Source: Lepidodermella squamata (lineage: Eukaryota > Animalia > Gastrotricha). From it: a stretch of 64,000 bases of DNA. This document shows positions 27,401-40,479 of the stretch, piece after piece. Location of the stretch: NCBI GenBank assembly GCA_047495785.1, contig JBLDXI010000009.1, forward strand, positions 1,674,001 to 1,738,000, read 5' to 3'. Positions within the stretch are counted from its first letter, which is position 1. Each line of letters begins with the position of its first letter. The notes beneath the pieces were generated by a model, which was given only the letters and a program-made list of their open reading frames with translations, searched no databases and had not been told where the DNA came from. The position numbers and the translations under genes are program-made.

Positions 27401-28051
27401 TCAAAGAAGCTTGTGAAGAAAAATACGGAACGGCTCCAAAGCCAAAGATCACTTTTATCATCATTTGCAAGCGCGTTCATACCAAGTTTTTCTTTGAAGT
27501 CAAGACAGCCCAGACCAAGTATCAAGAGGATGCCATCCAAAACGTTAAACCTGGCACTTTAATCGAGGGCGATGTCACGCAGCCAAAGCGATACTTCGAA
27601 TGGTTTTTGGTGCCCCATCATTCACCTTTGGTAAAACCGGTTTTCGAATAATTTATTATTGTAATAATTAACAATTTAACAGGGGACCGCAAAGCCAACA
27701 CGTTACGTTGTTCTGCACGACGAGTCGAATTTCACGCCGAACGACCTGGAATACTTGTCATTTTCGCTGTGCCACGCTTTTCCTCGTTGTACCAAGGCTG
27801 TTTCTCTACCAGCGCCGGCTTACCATGCCCATCTAGCCGCAGATCGAGCGAACACTCATCTAGCTGTAAGAAGCAATTTTCGTGAATTGACATTTTTTTT
27901 TATCAAATTTCAATGGTTGTAGGCCCAGCCATTCAAGACACCGAAAATCACCGACGACAACATTGAGCAATTCCGCAAAAAGCATCTGGACCATGCCAGA
28001 CAAGTGGTGACTGTGAACACAGATCGATGCATTCCTAATTACTGGACTTGA
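24494..28051 (+). CDS. AGO: Argonaute A (AGO clade, PAZ-MID-PIWI), 12 exons, one in-frame TAG at 26190-26192; possible pseudogene or rescued isoform
   Basis: RTNHF N-domain, PAZ EQYF..LPLV|..HPMELC, GADVTHP, FRDGVSEGQF, PAPAYHAHLAADRA, last exon ending PNYWT*; all other junctions I checked are in frame. Confidence 0.92.
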
Positions 28052-28262
28052 AGCTGAAAAGTAGCCCCGGTTCCTCGATATTTTTTATCCAAGCAAAACG
28101 ACACCATAATCCAGTTGACGAAATTATCTTTATTTTAAATCAAGAGTTACATGCTATTCCAGCAGTCAAAACGTGATTTCACTTATGTCGATAAATTACA
28201 TCAAAGTAAAGCTGTATATTGGCACATATCCGCGGTTTAATTTCATTTTTGGTATAAATCTT

Positions 28263-31200
28263 CTACATATTGAATCGATGCTTCGCCGGTAGCATTTCAA
28301 CGCCTGTTCGTGTTCGATTGAGCTGAGACGACGACTGCTGCCGCTGAGGTCTGCCGATCGCTAAATCGCTGCTGGAGCCGCCACCGGGGCCTGAATCGGT
28401 GCCACTCTCGCGCGTCAACATGCGCGCAATGTCCGGAAACGAGTGATGCTGTCCCGGTGCCAACTGCTGTAGTAACCGATTATTCTTGTTATTACTGCTA
28501 CCACTGCTGTTATTAGCACTCATATTCAACCCGCTATTCGACGAAGATTGCAACTGCTGCTCGTTCTGAGATTTTCGGCGAGAGCTCGATTCACCTGACT
28601 GGCGCCGTTGCTGAGCAGCATTGTTTTGCCGATCGTGGCGAGATTTCGACCTACTTTCTCCCCGTTTCCGAGTTGTTGCAATAGGGACGGGCCGAATTGT
28701 ATCTGGCAAGTAATAATCTTCGTAATCGAAAAATTCCTCTGGCCCTGTTCCGCGGCTCCTCTGCTGCTGATTTATTTGCTGCTCACTTTGCCTTCTCGCC
28801 ATTCGCTCAATCCTAGCATCCCAGACCCGTCTCGCACCATAAAACATCCTCAAACCTCCGCCGCCATGGCATGACCGATGGGGCAAGAAACCCATAATCA
28901 TTTGCCGGTCATTTTGATCAGTTTGGGTCTGCTGATGTGTTGTAGTCGTGCGTTTTCTAATAGTTGGCTGAGTGCCAATAGGAATATCTCTTGTCTTCAG
29001 CCTCTCATCACTGGCTGTTGTTTTGAAAATGATAGGCCCGTCATTATTAGCCGCCTCAAAGGCCGCGATCAAATTCGCATTCGAACGAGCGGATAAACTC
29101 ATTGGTTCCGAGGCCACCGAAGTTAAACCGTCGAAATCATCGTCGATAATTTCACTGACAATGTCTTGCTCTTCGGATTTTGTATCATAACCATGCCCAG
29201 TTGAGCTCTGAAGACCTGAATTTGAAGGCCCGATGAAAGATAGGAACGCCGGGACGAAGACCAGGGCGTGGAAAACAGATAGAACGACTGATAGGAACAT
29301 GATTCGAAAAAATGCGATGTAAATGTAAGCGTCGCTAGTTGACATGGCGATAACTGAAAGGGTTGTGCCTACACAGGCCGGGACAGCAGCCGCCGCGACT
29401 TCTTCTATCAAAGCTCGAGCTTTGTAGAGCCGAGCATCAGGCCCGTATAGAACTTCGCCTTTTTTAGATTTAGGTGGCACGGGAGTGATGAGGAAAATGT
29501 AGACAGGGTGAGCAATCAAGTCGGAGCAAAAACTGATGGCGATGAGTAGGTTGATGAGCGAAACCGAGTCAAGATCCATGTCCCAAAGCCGCATTTGTCC
29601 GATGATCCCTATCAGGACAGACGTGACAAAAACTGCCACCCAAAACAGACAGGCCGGATGGGGAATCATAAATAACGCCACAACAATAGTGCAACCTAAA
29701 GAAAAGCTTAGTTTTTTCGAATTTAGTCGAATTGAAACTTACCCAAAGTCATTCCGCAGTAGTAAAGAGTTGCTGGTACGGCTGTTAAATACTGATCGTA
29801 CATCTGGAAATCATTTGTATAGGTAAACATGTGTATTTCAGGCCGGTAACGATCGACCAAATCGCGAATAGTTGTCATCATGCCGATTTGCCTGGCTGGC
29901 CCAGTCATATTACGAGCACGAAGTCTAAATCGCGACTTTTTAATCACGGAACCATTGACTGATATTCGAATGTCCCTGGCATGTTGGCCGTAGGACGAGA
30001 ATGTATCCGGGTCGGCACTGGCTAGGAATCCATCGGGATGGCGGCGTAATAAATCAATCAAGTCCCGATTGCTTCTCATCATCGATAAATCTTCCTTCTT
30101 TTCTTTTGACCATTTAATAAAATCAGTGACCCAACATTTTGTCTCTTCATTTCCCCAGAAGTACCCGGACGCTTGCACCTTGTCGATGAAATCGGAGAAT
30201 TTCCGTCTAACTTCCGGTCGCCAGTAGTCGACTGGATTTTGAACGACTACGACAATCTCGTTTGAATACGCCGTGAATAAATTGCGATGGTAGTAAGCGT
30301 AGTCGTAAAGATTCGAACTTCGGCGGTAGATTCGTTCAGCTTTCAGCCCGATTTGCATTTGAGATATCGACCATATTGAGAAGCCAAGGTAGAAGAAAAA
30401 CCCCACGATAGCACACACTCGAAATGGTAAACGAGTCAGAGTTCGGCTGAAAAATGATGAAATTTGCTGGTGGAACTGGCCTGCTTCCATTTCATCCTCC
30501 TCTTCCGATAATTTTCTCATGGCATCAGGGTCAGTTCGAGGTAACCCCCCAGCGCAGCAAACTAGGGAGAAACCGCTAGCAGTCGCTGATCCGACTTTAC
30601 TGAGAATTTCATTCCGTGTGGGCAGCGAAATGCAGCAACAACACGCGTGGCGGTTATTTTCTTCTGTCGAGCCGAAAAGAGACAACCCAGCGCAGAAAAT
30701 CGTCATTTGGAAAAAGAAATCGAGAACCATCGTAGCTATTGCATAGGTTGACAAGGCTTGAATTAGCGGGTAAGGCGTGTAATTTCCGATGACAAAATCG
30801 AGGACGTTAATGAAAAAAGTGATTATGATCGAAGTTCCACCGACGTTCATCGACAGCATAATTCGTTCCTCGACAGGCTTTTCACGAAAAAAAATTCAAA
30901 TTTTTTTATTTAAAATTTAAAATAATTACCAGAGCAGGATTCGTATGAGACCAAGCTTCCAACAAAATGAACATATCGTCGAGACCAATAGCCAGTGTCA
31001 GTAAGGGTACGGCCATCATAATAGGCCAAAATCGAGGCGTAATCCACAGGCAAATGCCGAATCCTGAGACGCAGCCGAGTAGCGTGGCAAAAACTCCAAT
31101 AATTCCGGCCCAGGGTTTCGATCGAACCGCGTCACTCATCAGAGCACCGACTGTACACCACAACATCAGGGCCCCGAAGGTGACGCCAACTTTAGGCAAC

Positions 31201-32516
31201 ATGTCTTTGATTAGGAAGTCTTGTTCCGCTTGTTTCTGATACTCGGCAGTCCAGTATACGTCAAAATATTTGCTGTGAAATTTCCGCAGCGTGCTATCGA
31301 ATTTTTTCTCCCAGGCCAGCCAGACGGAGAAGGCCCGTTTGAACCAGTCGGCCTGGTACTCGTTAACGCAATACACCTCTCGCATGGCGCCGATATGCTT
31401 CACAAAGCCGTTGTGTTTGCTGCCGACTGTTTCTACATGCCCGAAAAATTGGCTGAGATCGTAAGACATGTAGTGAGGATAGGTCAATCCGATTCCAGGC
31501 ATTGAAGAGAACACCATAGTCAACGGGTCTTTAACGTCTCGCATGATACCGGACGGGAAAAGGGATCGCATAACTCGAAGATTGAAACCGCCACACTCGC
31601 CGGTGGGTTGTTTCGTGCAAACCCCATTGTCGAGGCCGTCGCGGTCTTCGTAATAATAAGTACCGCCATCGCCTGATTTCGGCGACACAACTTCGGCGCC
31701 GGCGTCGAAAATCGCAGCTTCAAGGCGGTCGATCTCACGCAGCATAGATTGGTCAAACAAATTATAACTCCGGCCAGATTTGTCCGAAATATTACGCTTA
31801 GCCACGATTAAAATGCTGTTAGCGCGGCATGATTGATAGCGACCTTGAGGGTCGAGTGGCGCCTCACGGCGGCGCCTTTCATGCAGAGGGAACGGAAAGT
31901 CCGAAACAGTGTAAAATTTGTCCGATGCATTTTTAGGCGTAGTCGTAGTTTTTGGGTCCGGAACAAAAGTCGGAGGTGTTATTACTTCTTCTTCATCCCC
32001 GTATTCTTCGACCCGTCCTGTGATTAGTGTTGTTGTTCTCGAGTCAACAGTCGTCGTTGTGAATGGCTCTGAAGTCGTCATCCGGCGCCGTGGTTGTCTG
32101 AGCGGTGTCGCGTGGGTCCGATGCGTTGTAGGAGGGGGTGGCACGACAATGCTAGGCGTTTCACTGGGATCTCGAGGGTCGTTGTAGTCGAACATGGTTG
32201 TAAGCGATTTTTCCACTGTAGATCTGCTATCAGTTGGCAGGTAGTCTTCAGGCCGTAAATCCGCAATTTGGATGCGATGCATGCCAGCTGTGAAAATAAT
32301 CGCGAGACCGAAGACGGCTGAAAGTACCTGGATCGGGAATTTGCCGACGAATAGGCCGTACCACGACATGACGTAGGCCAACGTGTTCGGAATTATCATC
32401 CAGTCGACGCGCGGGAAAACCGGGCGCAACTTGGCGCGCCGGTGTTTGCATCTGGTGGGTGGCGCCGATGAGGATGACATCGAATCGTCCGTGTCATCAG
32501 CATATCCTACTGCCAT
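28263..32516 (-). CDS. Patched-related (PTCHD3/Ptr-like) sterol-sensing-domain RND-type protein, 3 coding exons
   Basis: Exons 32516-30930, 30877-29743, 29695-28263 with GT-AG introns; SSD motif AIGLDDMFILLEAW, SKPWAG, FFFQMTIF, IAFFRIMF..VFHALVFVPAFLS; two 1+5 TM halves. Confidence 0.9.
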
Positions 32517-33742
32517 ATAAACTCGGGCCCCTAAAAAAAATTAGTACTATTGCGTCGACATGTTCACCAACAAAAATCTAAATAAATCCTAATGCCTATT
32601 ATATCATGAACCATTCACTTGATTTTGGCAGAATGAAACAATGGAAAAAATCGATAGGAATCTTATTTAAGGCTACTTTTGCCTTATCTTGGGACTTGAT
32701 GATACGAATATTTGCTAACCTGACTTTGAAGCAGAATTTTACGGCTGTGTGGTGTATATAATACATAGGTATATGCTACTTATTCAGCAAACGCGTTTAT
32801 ATAACGGAGCACACGCTGGCGCGTCGGCGCAAAACAGCGCATATGGCCTTCTTAAAACGTCGTCGCGCGCTTTGAGTTGTCTTAATTTGAGCGCGACACT
32901 GTACGTAGTTATAAGCATTTTAGACCGAGACGCCAAACGCAAATAAATGAAGGCGAAGAAATGATAAGCACGTCGACACTGAAACAAAGCGTGCCGAGAA
33001 AGGTACGAAGTTGGCATAATTCAGAAAAAACCTACCCATGCCTTGCAAAACCGGCGTTTTCGTTACATTTTAATCTTTTAGCGTTGTATAAAATATACAA
33101 AACCTTCTTTGTTTACTTTTTCATTATTTTTAGAAATTCCATTCATAATAATTATAATATCATAACGCGTGTCTTTCACTCCGTTTTCATCAGCGAATAC
33201 AGAGAGTATAACCGCTTGCTTGTTGTTTCGGCATCGTCAGCAGCATCAATGATATACCTGATGAAATTGAAAAGGAATTATGACATGGTTCACCGGCATC
33301 TATACCTGCGATCAGACTACCAATCGCAGACAATTTTGTTATTAGTATAAAAATGCGATCTTCATGGAAACACTTCGCAAAGAATTATGTGATTCATGGG
33401 AAATGAATTGTGTCGACGTGCAGTTCAGTCCACTCCAGGTACATTTTATAGCAGATTTCATAGAGGGGGAAAGATGAGAAAGTGACGCGGCGCAATATAG
33501 GCGAATCGGCTAATAAGTGATAATGATCGGATGAGGAGTTAATTGAAGTGAAATACCACGGCTTAAAAATATCTTATCGCACTCAGGGTGACGCTAATTC
33601 AACGAATATTCGCGTGATAACACGTTCAATTCTTATAATGAACACCCCTGCTATATAGCTGCTAGTCATAAGATCTCAATTATGACAGCCAAAAGTTTTG
33701 CCTAGAGAAGTCAATTCGATATTTTCACATTCTGCGTGGAAA

Positions 33743-34230
33743 ATGATGCCGTCAAAATTTTTATCACTGTTGATATTGTTTTGTTTCCATTATTATTCAT
33801 ATTGTCTACAACACTTCGGGCACCCGAGAATACCTGCGGCAAACCGTATGCGGAATCGCCGATCGCTTGAGTTGAACGATCTTTCATCCCCCGTTCCACC
33901 CGCCGAAATGTCGGCAGCTGATCGTGATCGTGAGGCCCGTTTTATAAAGTTCCGTAAGTACTCTTGTTTTCAATCAATTCGTTGAAACAGGAATTTTATC
34001 CATTATTAGGCGACTACGTATCTGGTCTTGTTGAAAAGGAAGACATCGCACGTCTTGAGAAGCTCATGAAATCTTACCGCATGATTTCGAAGCGGAAAAG
34101 AATGGAGCGATGTATTGCACTTATTGGTTCTCGAGCTGTGTGTAACAACAGTGTCGGCTTTTACATTTGGATTCAGTTGTGGGCGAAACAGATATTGAAC
34201 GGTGAAGCTCGACAGCTCATGCTAAATTAA
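33743..34230 (+). CDS. Putative peptide hormone/neuropeptide precursor, 143 aa, 2 exons
   Basis: Intron 33954-34009 joins two ORFs in frame; signal peptide, RNRR and KRKR basic sites, C-terminal peptide with C-X9-C; AATAAA at 34278. Confidence 0.6.
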
Positions 34231-34479
34231 TATTCGAAATATGTAATCAATTTGAAAGTTTTATGAGCCGAATTCCGAATAAATATTAAAAGGAATGAAA
34301 TGGTGATTTTTTGCTGTACGCTCCACTATGGCTCCACTACTATTTAATAAAATTAAAACAGAATTATCACGAGCGGAACACGCGTCTTTAGCGGTCGCGT
34401 GCTCCTTATCAAACAACTACAACCCTAGAATATTGGTTTTGATTAATTTTTTTAATTTACTCCCATCAGGGTGCCTAAA

Positions 34480-37400
34480 ATGATCGCCCTATTGGCATTC
34501 GCGCTTATTTGCGTTTTCACTAATGCGGAACCTGTCGACACGCCGACTGAGCCGAGGTTCGAAAACATTTTCTCAGCCTAATTGTTTGTAATGAACTCAA
34601 ATAATAAGGTACGTCCTGATACATCCCCTCGTTATTGAGCCGCCTGAGTTCAAACTTGTTCTGGAACTCTTTGAATCTCCGTCCTATACACTGCCAGTTA
34701 GCTTCGAAGCTTCCATCAAATCCGGAGAAAACGTCATTGTGTCGAAAACTTTCACGCAAAATTCATGTAAAAAGCTTTTTTGATTTTTTTAATGTTGAGT
34801 TTTGTACCCTTCTTCCAGATGGAGCTCAGGGGCACAGCTTCGAAAACGTAATTGCCTTATTTTTCACAAGTGATTATTTTTTAGCGCCGCAGCATTATAG
34901 TTGCTAGCATCTTCATTGGCCTCTCCCGATGGATTGACAGTAACAGTGAAGTTCCTAACTGACGGTCTTGAGACTGAAAATACCGAGAAAGTCAACTCCG
35001 TCACACTCCAGCAAGACAGGTTCCTATTTATTGAGACCGACAAAGCTATCTACAAGCCAAGCCAAGACGTCAAAGTCGCCGTTCTGCTTCTGAATTCTGA
35101 GCTGAAGGGCGTTGAAGCATCGATCTCACTGAAAATAACGGTAAATTTTGTTATATTCGAGAATTTTTCGGTCGAAGATTTTGCTACACCAGGACCCTGC
35201 GGGCAGCATTATTCAAGTTGTCAATGATGCTAAACTATCGCCGTTCGGCTTGTACGACTTCGAGTTTACTCTCGGATCCCTGGTTGTAGTAGGCGACTGG
35301 ACCATTGAGGTTAGCAGCCAGGATCCTCAAGTTCAGACGACATACAAAACCTTCACGGTCCAATTCTACCTACTGCCCGATGTTGAAGTCACAATCAAGT
35401 TTGGCGAGGATGGCTACTTTGTTCGAAGTCAAGATGAATCCTCATACCAGGCGACTGTGTCTCCTCTGTGAGTCTCATTTTTTAATGTCAACTTGGAATG
35501 CTATGCGTATTTTTTCAGCTTTGCAACTGGAAAACCGGCTGCTGGAAATGCTGTCGTCACGCTACTATCAGTGAGCTACTGTAACTGGGAATACGAAAAT
35601 TTGCCGGCCGATAAGAAGCTGAAATGGACCTCAAAGATCGCGGGAGATGGGTCGGCTAGCGACGGACTAATTTCGATGATTGGCTTGAACGATATTGTGG
35701 CCTCACCTAATTTCCAACCCTGGAAACAATGCGATTTATCATTCAGCGTCCAGTTTACTGAAACTGCGACCAGCCGTCCCTACGACATCAAAGACCGCGT
35801 AACTGCGGTTCTCTACCGCGACGCCTTCGCCATCAAGTCCGTCACAGACCAGTCGTCATTCAAGTCAGGCGTGACGTATCAAGCGATCTATCAAATTACA
35901 AAGCCGGATGGGTCGCCAATTACCCCTGGTACTGGTAGCTCATTCCAAGTAATTTACAACCTGTACGCATTCACCGAGGCGAAACCAAACCACCCAAGCT
36001 TGGCCTGCGAACAGTCGGACATACTGTATCCTCCCGAAGTCATCCCACCTGCAGATTATAACACGACTTTGACTCCAGATGCCGATGGGTACTTCACAGC
36101 CGTTGCGGAAAACATTCCGGCGGAATCCAGCGAGATTCTGATCAAGCTGGTATTAGCCGATAAGCCAACAATCAACCTATGCGACGGCCATTTCAAAGCT
36201 TCGACTAACGTTAAAAGTGGCCAGTCGATTTCCCTCAGAATGGACCGCCCACTTGGCGCTCCATTGGTGAAGGTTAACGAAGAAATCACATTCGTAATCG
36301 AAGTCAGCTACAACGCTGCTTACGTCATCTTCATGGTTAAACCTCATCTTAATATTTTTAGGATAAATAAATGACATTTTTTGTAGCTAGTGGAAAATGG
36401 TCAAGTATTCGTCTACGACAAACTGACTGTTCCCTTTTCGACCACCCCTACTTTAACCGTGTTCAAGAAAACCGTCCAGCTGCCTTTGAGATCTGCCCCG
36501 AGGTCCAGCGCTCTTGTGTGGACAATCGAACCAACAGCGTCCGATATCTTATTCGCCCGCATCGAATTCGATATCGATGGCTTGGTACAGCAAACCATCG
36601 AAGCGTCCTTCGATCCGCCTGTGGTCAAACCTGGTGCACAAACTACCCTGAATGTAAAAACTGCCGATCCCCAGTCTATGCTGGTACTTATGGCTGTCGA
36701 CAAACGAGTTCGATTGCTCAAAACCGGTAATGTGATAACCCTAAATGATGTCTTGAATGCACTGGCTGCTGCTAAAAGTGGCAATAGCGGAGGATCCATA
36801 TTTTCTAAAATTGGACGCCCCAGAATTGGCGCATTTGGCGCTGGAATTCGGATGTGCTGGGGAGGATTCGCTCGGTGCTTCCCGTTCCCTGATTTTGGCG
36901 ACAATGTTGTCACTTCTTTCAGAGTGAGATTCAGCGGTTTTACCATGAAATTCCAATAAACCACGTCTCTTTTACTCAACTTCATACAGAATGCAAAGCT
37001 GGCTTTCATTTCGAACATAGCTGTTGAGATCTATTACTATCGGAAGGTTAGTTTTTAGTGTCAGTGGAAATTAAAACAAATTGTCCGTATTATGCTCCAA
37101 ATTTTGAAGCTACTTTAACATGAATAATAACGTAATTAACATTAAAATTCTTTTAAAAATGTTTTTTTAAAAAAAAAAAAACATGATATTTAAAAAAACA
37201 TTAAAATTCGTAAGTGCGTTGTGGTCCACTTTGCCTTTGGTTGGCGGTTTTTTATTTTTGTTTTGTTTGCTGAAATGAGAAGGAAATTTTTGTTTTTATA
37301 CACAGCTACCGATGCAAAATGAAGTTGCTTTCCGAGACAAAACCGCAGCCGCTTCTGATCTAACGGTGCGCAAGAATTTTCCAGAAACTCTGATTTGGTT

Positions 37401-39732
37401 GATCGCACCAACGGCGAGGTTTGATTTTTCTGCGGGCATTAGAGGTCCATTTGTGCATTTCCCATATTATTTTTAGCGCCAATGGTGTATTTTCGAAGAC
37501 CTTCGAAGCATCTGACAGCATAACTACCTACGAATTGAATGCATTAACTGTTGGTAAAACACTTGGATTCGCAGCTTTGCAGAAGCCTGTCGAAGTAAGC
37601 AACTTCGCGAAAAATGGCGCATAAATTTTACTTTTTTCTAAAATTTAAACAGCTGAAAATTTTCAAAGACTTCTACGCTGAATTGTTTGTGCGATCTACA
37701 TCGATCAAACGGCACGAGCAAGTTCAATTCTTAATTTTGGTGTACAACTATCGCCAGCAGGCGCTCGACGTCACAGTTCAGCTCTTGCCGTCTGAGGAAT
37801 TTCAAGTGCTCATCGCAAAGAAGAAGGGCTATTACAACGCCCTTTTTGAGACGAAAATTACTGCTCAGCCAAATAGCGTCCATTCGGTGCCTGTATGGAT
37901 TCGCGGGGAGGAGATTGGCCCGGCACTTTTCAACGTTGTAGCTTTCCCTGAAAACGACAAGTCGAGTGGCGACGCGCTTGAAGTTGTAGTCGATTTCCAG
38001 CCCGAAGGTCGCGAATTCTCAGCCAACAACGCCGTGCTTGTTCAATTAACCAACTCCGTGAGCGAATTAACACAGAAAATCTTCATCAAACAACTTTTCG
38101 ATGAAAACAAAGGCAATTGTGACTTGGTCGAAGGTTCAAAAGTGTTTCAACTGCAAGTTGTTGGTAGCCCTCTCGGCGCTGCTATTTCGAATCTCGATAA
38201 ATTCATATCGCTGCCGAGTGGTTGCGGCGAGCAAACCATGATTATCATGGCTCCGAATGTGTATATTCATGCCTATCTTCAAGCCTCTGGTCAGTTGACT
38301 ACCGCCATCGACGCCACGTCCAAGTTCTATGCCCAGCAGGGTTACACGAATCAGCTCCAATATCAACGCAAAGACGGCGGTTTCAGCGCGTTTGGAGAAA
38401 ATGATCCATCCCCAAGCTCGACCTGGCTGACAGCATTCGTTGTTCAGGTCTTTTCCGCCGCTGCGAAGCAACTAGCGCTTGCTGTTGATTACAGCGTTCT
38501 CGACCGAGCTTTCAGTTACATCGACAACCAAGCGCAACCTGATGGTTTGTACAAGGAACTGGGCAGAGTTATCCACAAGGATATGCAAGGTGGAGCTGCT
38601 GCAGAAATCAACTTGGCGGCGTACATTTACTTGAGCTATGCCGAAGCTGAGCGCCCGCTCAATGCCAACACTCGTAAACGCCTCGTAACTGAATACAAAC
38701 TTACGAACGACGCTTACCAGTTGGCGTTAATTTCATATGCCCTCAGTATCAACAACGACGATGTTGCCGAAGGTAAAGAAGCTTTGCGCCGGCTGGTTGG
38801 CTTGTCGATTTCGCTCGGAGCTGAGATGATTTACTGGAAGACAAGCGATACGCCTGCAACTGTTGACGAGTTCACACGTGTTGGGCAAACTGGTATCGAA
38901 ACAGCTGGTTACGCTTTGCTGGCAATGGTGAAACACCGCGACTTGGTCAATGCGCTTAAAGTCTCGCGATGGTTGATGACTCAACGGAATTCACTCGGAG
39001 GCTTCAGTTCAACCCAAGATACGGTTGTGGGTCTCAAGGCTCTGGCTGCTGTTTCGACACTTTGGGCTTCTGATAAGCAAGACGTTACCATTGATGTTAA
39101 ATGCAAATATTCGACTAAGCGCAGCAGCTTGATTCGGCACACCTTCCGCATTGATAAGTCGAACGCCATTGTTCTTCAAACTTTCGATTTGCCACTTGAC
39201 AGGCAAGACCTAGACTACGTCAAAATTACTGCTAAGGGAACAGGCGTTGCTCTCTTCCAAGTTTCAATGCGTTACAATTTATATTCATACGACTCGGGTG
39301 CCTTCAAAATCAACAATAAGGTTCTTCCGGGTGGGCATGATTTCATCGTTATTCAAAGCTGCATTTCGTAAGTTGATTACATATATTTTTGAATGATTTT
39401 ACATACACCTTCTCTTTAGTTGGAAAAAATCTGTTGGCCATCCAGGAATGATTATTTTGGAGTTAAGCGCTCCAACTAGTTACACCGGTGACATTGATGC
39501 AACCCGCAGTGCAAATACTGAAAACTCCTCGCTAAACCGGCTCGAGTTTGTCGATCGAAAATTCGTCTTCTACTTTTACGAAATACCTGTTGCACCTTCA
39601 AAAACGTGTGTCAAGTCTATTTTGAAGCAGGAATTTCCTGCGAGAGAAATTGATCCGCCGATGGCCACTGTCTACAGCTATTACGCTCCACAAAAGCTCA
39701 TCACATCGGTGGCTATTGAAGTGAATGCGTAG
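34480..39732 (+). CDS. Thioester-containing protein (TEP / alpha-2-macroglobulin family), multi-exon
   Basis: Signal peptide; FIETDKAIYKP, AVDKRV.LL, RKNFPETLIW, thioester GCGEQ at 38220-38234, GRVIHKDMQGG, GGFSSTQDT, terminal VYSYY; no C345C domain or GPI tail. Confidence 0.95.
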
Positions 39733-40263
39733 CGGGGCTGAGTTGACTTTTCACAACAAGCTACAAGATTGGCATCACGAAAACTTGATATTTATTGCGT
39801 AAGATAATAAGTGAATAGTGAACCGTGATTTTCAATGCATGACATACCTATGCAATATTTTAGTCTATAATAAATAAAAATTACCAGGCGTAAAACTCCT
39901 TAGGCTTATTAAATTTGGGCATTTCTTACCTGAATGCGAGCAGCAAATCATTATGATGACTTTTGCAGCTAGGGATTCAGGATCGACACTGGTGGTTAAC
40001 ATCTCCCAATCCTGAACTAAAGCTTGTTCGATTGGGACGCGATTCAACCCGACGTTTATACCATGGATCATGGCATAGGAAAAGTCCACGACTACGACAG
40101 GTTTTACACGATGCTTGAAACTTTCATAGATAGCGACAATTGTTCGGCCCTATATAACACACCTCATTGCTATAGCTGAGGTAACTTGTTGTTTCAATTC
40201 TCTTATTTCATTACACCAAGTCTGTTTATTTCAACGACAAACCACAACAACACCAATTTTGCC

Positions 40264-40479
40264 ATGCCTACGACAACAACGCCAACATCTTTCCTTGCGC
40301 CGAGCCCATCAACGGCCCCAACTACCTATGCGCCCATTGCAAGTCCTTCGACAGCGTCCACAACTTTTGCACCGATCGCAACGCCGTTATCAACGGAGAC
40401 GCCTTCAACCACGCTCGACTCGCCAGCAAACACGCCGTCAAGCTGCGCGTCAACGCCGTGTCGTTGGAGTAAATTTTGA
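40264..40479 (+). CDS. Possible small Thr/Pro/Ser-rich peptide gene (71 aa)
   Basis: TATATAA at 40151, gccATG at 40264, AATAAA at 40569; no homology recognised. Confidence 0.3.
   Translation: MPTTTTPTSFLAPSPSTAPTTYAPIASPSTASTTFAPIATPLSTETPSTTLDSPANTPSSCASTPCRWSKF

Noticed and set aside
36413-37018. 201-aa antisense ORF, and similar shadow ORFs such as 20726-21295
   Set aside because: Antisense shadows of real coding exons with no motifs of their own.
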